Assembly: GCA_951406725.2 (NCBI GenBank)
Contig: OX597833.1
Span: forward strand, 6,386,001-6,450,000
DNA from: Octopus vulgaris
Lineage: Eukaryota
Reading direction: 5' to 3'
Length of the DNA stretch: 64,000 bases
Both the position numbers and the translations under genes were made by a program. The notes beneath the pieces are model-generated. The model searched no databases. It was not told where the DNA came from and worked only from the letters and a program-made list of their open reading frames with translations. Below, one piece after another: positions 62,646-64,000 of this stretch; the first letter of the stretch is position 1; each line of letters opens with the position of its first letter.

Positions 62646-63869
62646 ATAAAATTAAGCCATCATCCGACGATGGTTTAACTGGCTGAAACTTTGAAGTTAC
62701 TATCAATATTCTTGTTTACGAATAATAAATTTATACCCTACAAATCTACGACTGTGTATATGCATATACACGCGCGCGCGTGTGTATAAGATGGAGTTCT
62801 TTCAGTCTGCATCTACCAAGTCCACTAACAAGGCTTTGGTCGGCCCGAGGTTATAGTGGAAGACGCTTGCCCAAAGTCTCCCGTAGTGGGACTGATCCCG
62901 GAACCATGTGGTCGGGAAGCAAGCTTCTTATCACAAAGCTTCGCTTGTATTTATGTTTTTAAACACTCCACGTTCATTGGCGGTCCCAAATGAACACCGC
63001 AAAAAGTTTGGTTGTATTTACATTAGGTATGATACACATGTGGCTATTTTGATCTAATACTGTTTCTGTTGCTTATAACGGGTGATTCTTATTGTCACAA
63101 ACCTTGTTAGATTATTACTAACCAAAACGGAACAATTTGAGATGCTCTTAGTTTCTTAAGCCATAAAAATCAAGTTATTTGACTCAATTCGATAGAGATG
63201 CCAGGTAAAGACCACGAGGTTTTTTTCTTTTCCATTTGCTCTATAAATCTGACCACTCAGTGTTGCCGACAAACTGCTACTATAGAGGTTTACTGCTCTA
63301 AAAGTAATATTATACCAATAGTGTACGGCTGATTTTAAGATTAATTATAGGAGCTGTTAATTTACAGCTAATTGGAATTAGAATTTAGAAATTATACTTA
63401 GACAACAATACGGTCGGATTTCATTGTGAAGGAATGGAAGAAGAGAAGAATTTGAAATATGAACAGCAGACAAAATCGGTAAGGAACCGTGTTAGATATT
63501 TGACTGTGTGAGTTGTTCATTCTACCATTTCTGTGTCTTTTATTCGTGTGGAACATTAACCAAAGCGTAATAGGAAGAATATACTCCCAAGTGGACTTTG
63601 GCATCACCACTACTGTTTACTCTGGTCTTCTGGAACAGTAAAATGGCATATAAAAGATGCTATAGAATTCTCTAGAGTCTGGCATCATCAATGGAATTGT
63701 TTAGTTGCCAATAAATGGACATTGTCTGCCGACAGAGAATTCTTGTGGCTTCACATCTGTAAAGGGTTGGAGGTGACGACAGAAATATTTTGGAGAGGTG
63801 TGTGTTTATGTGTGTGGAGAGATAATGGTGATTGTGCGTGTGTGTGTGCTACACGAACGTCTTTGAATG

Positions 63870-63935
<66 letters not shown>

Positions 63936-64000
63936 TGTTGTCTGAGAGAGCGTGTATGCAAATATATGTGTGAGTGCGTCTTTAAATGTACCTGAGTGTG

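Overview
Repeat-rich, AT-rich animal genomic DNA, not prokaryotic. The SINE families and (TA)n/(CA)n load suggest an Octopus (coleoid cephalopod) genome, which is an inference. The main feature is one + strand ubiquitin-specific protease gene of the USP25/USP28 family. I reconstructed 23 GT-AG coding exons by hand (15016-49931). All intron phases are compatible, giving 3483 nt and about 1160 aa with UBA-like, SIM, two UIMs, Cys box, UCID coiled-coil insertion, His box and C-terminal helical domain. I could not find the start-codon exon, which probably lies upstream of the window. The rest is at least four SINE families (labelled A-D here, about 50 copies), two decayed Tc1/mariner elements (one DD37D/maT with TIRs), a non-autonomous Helitron, nested TTAA piggyBac-type MITEs, several fold-back elements, a GC-rich 30-bp minisatellite and long microsatellites. 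Almost all ORFs in the supplied track are spurious. The most notable observations are a ~710-nt intronic hairpin with one-sided CpG decay, a ~190-bp element duplicated in two introns, splice-site variants and a polyQ around the SIM, and a probable chimeric-consensus artefact at ~57.8-58.0 kb. I found no convincing wholly new biological system. Repeat boundaries are approximate; exon boundaries were read at base level.
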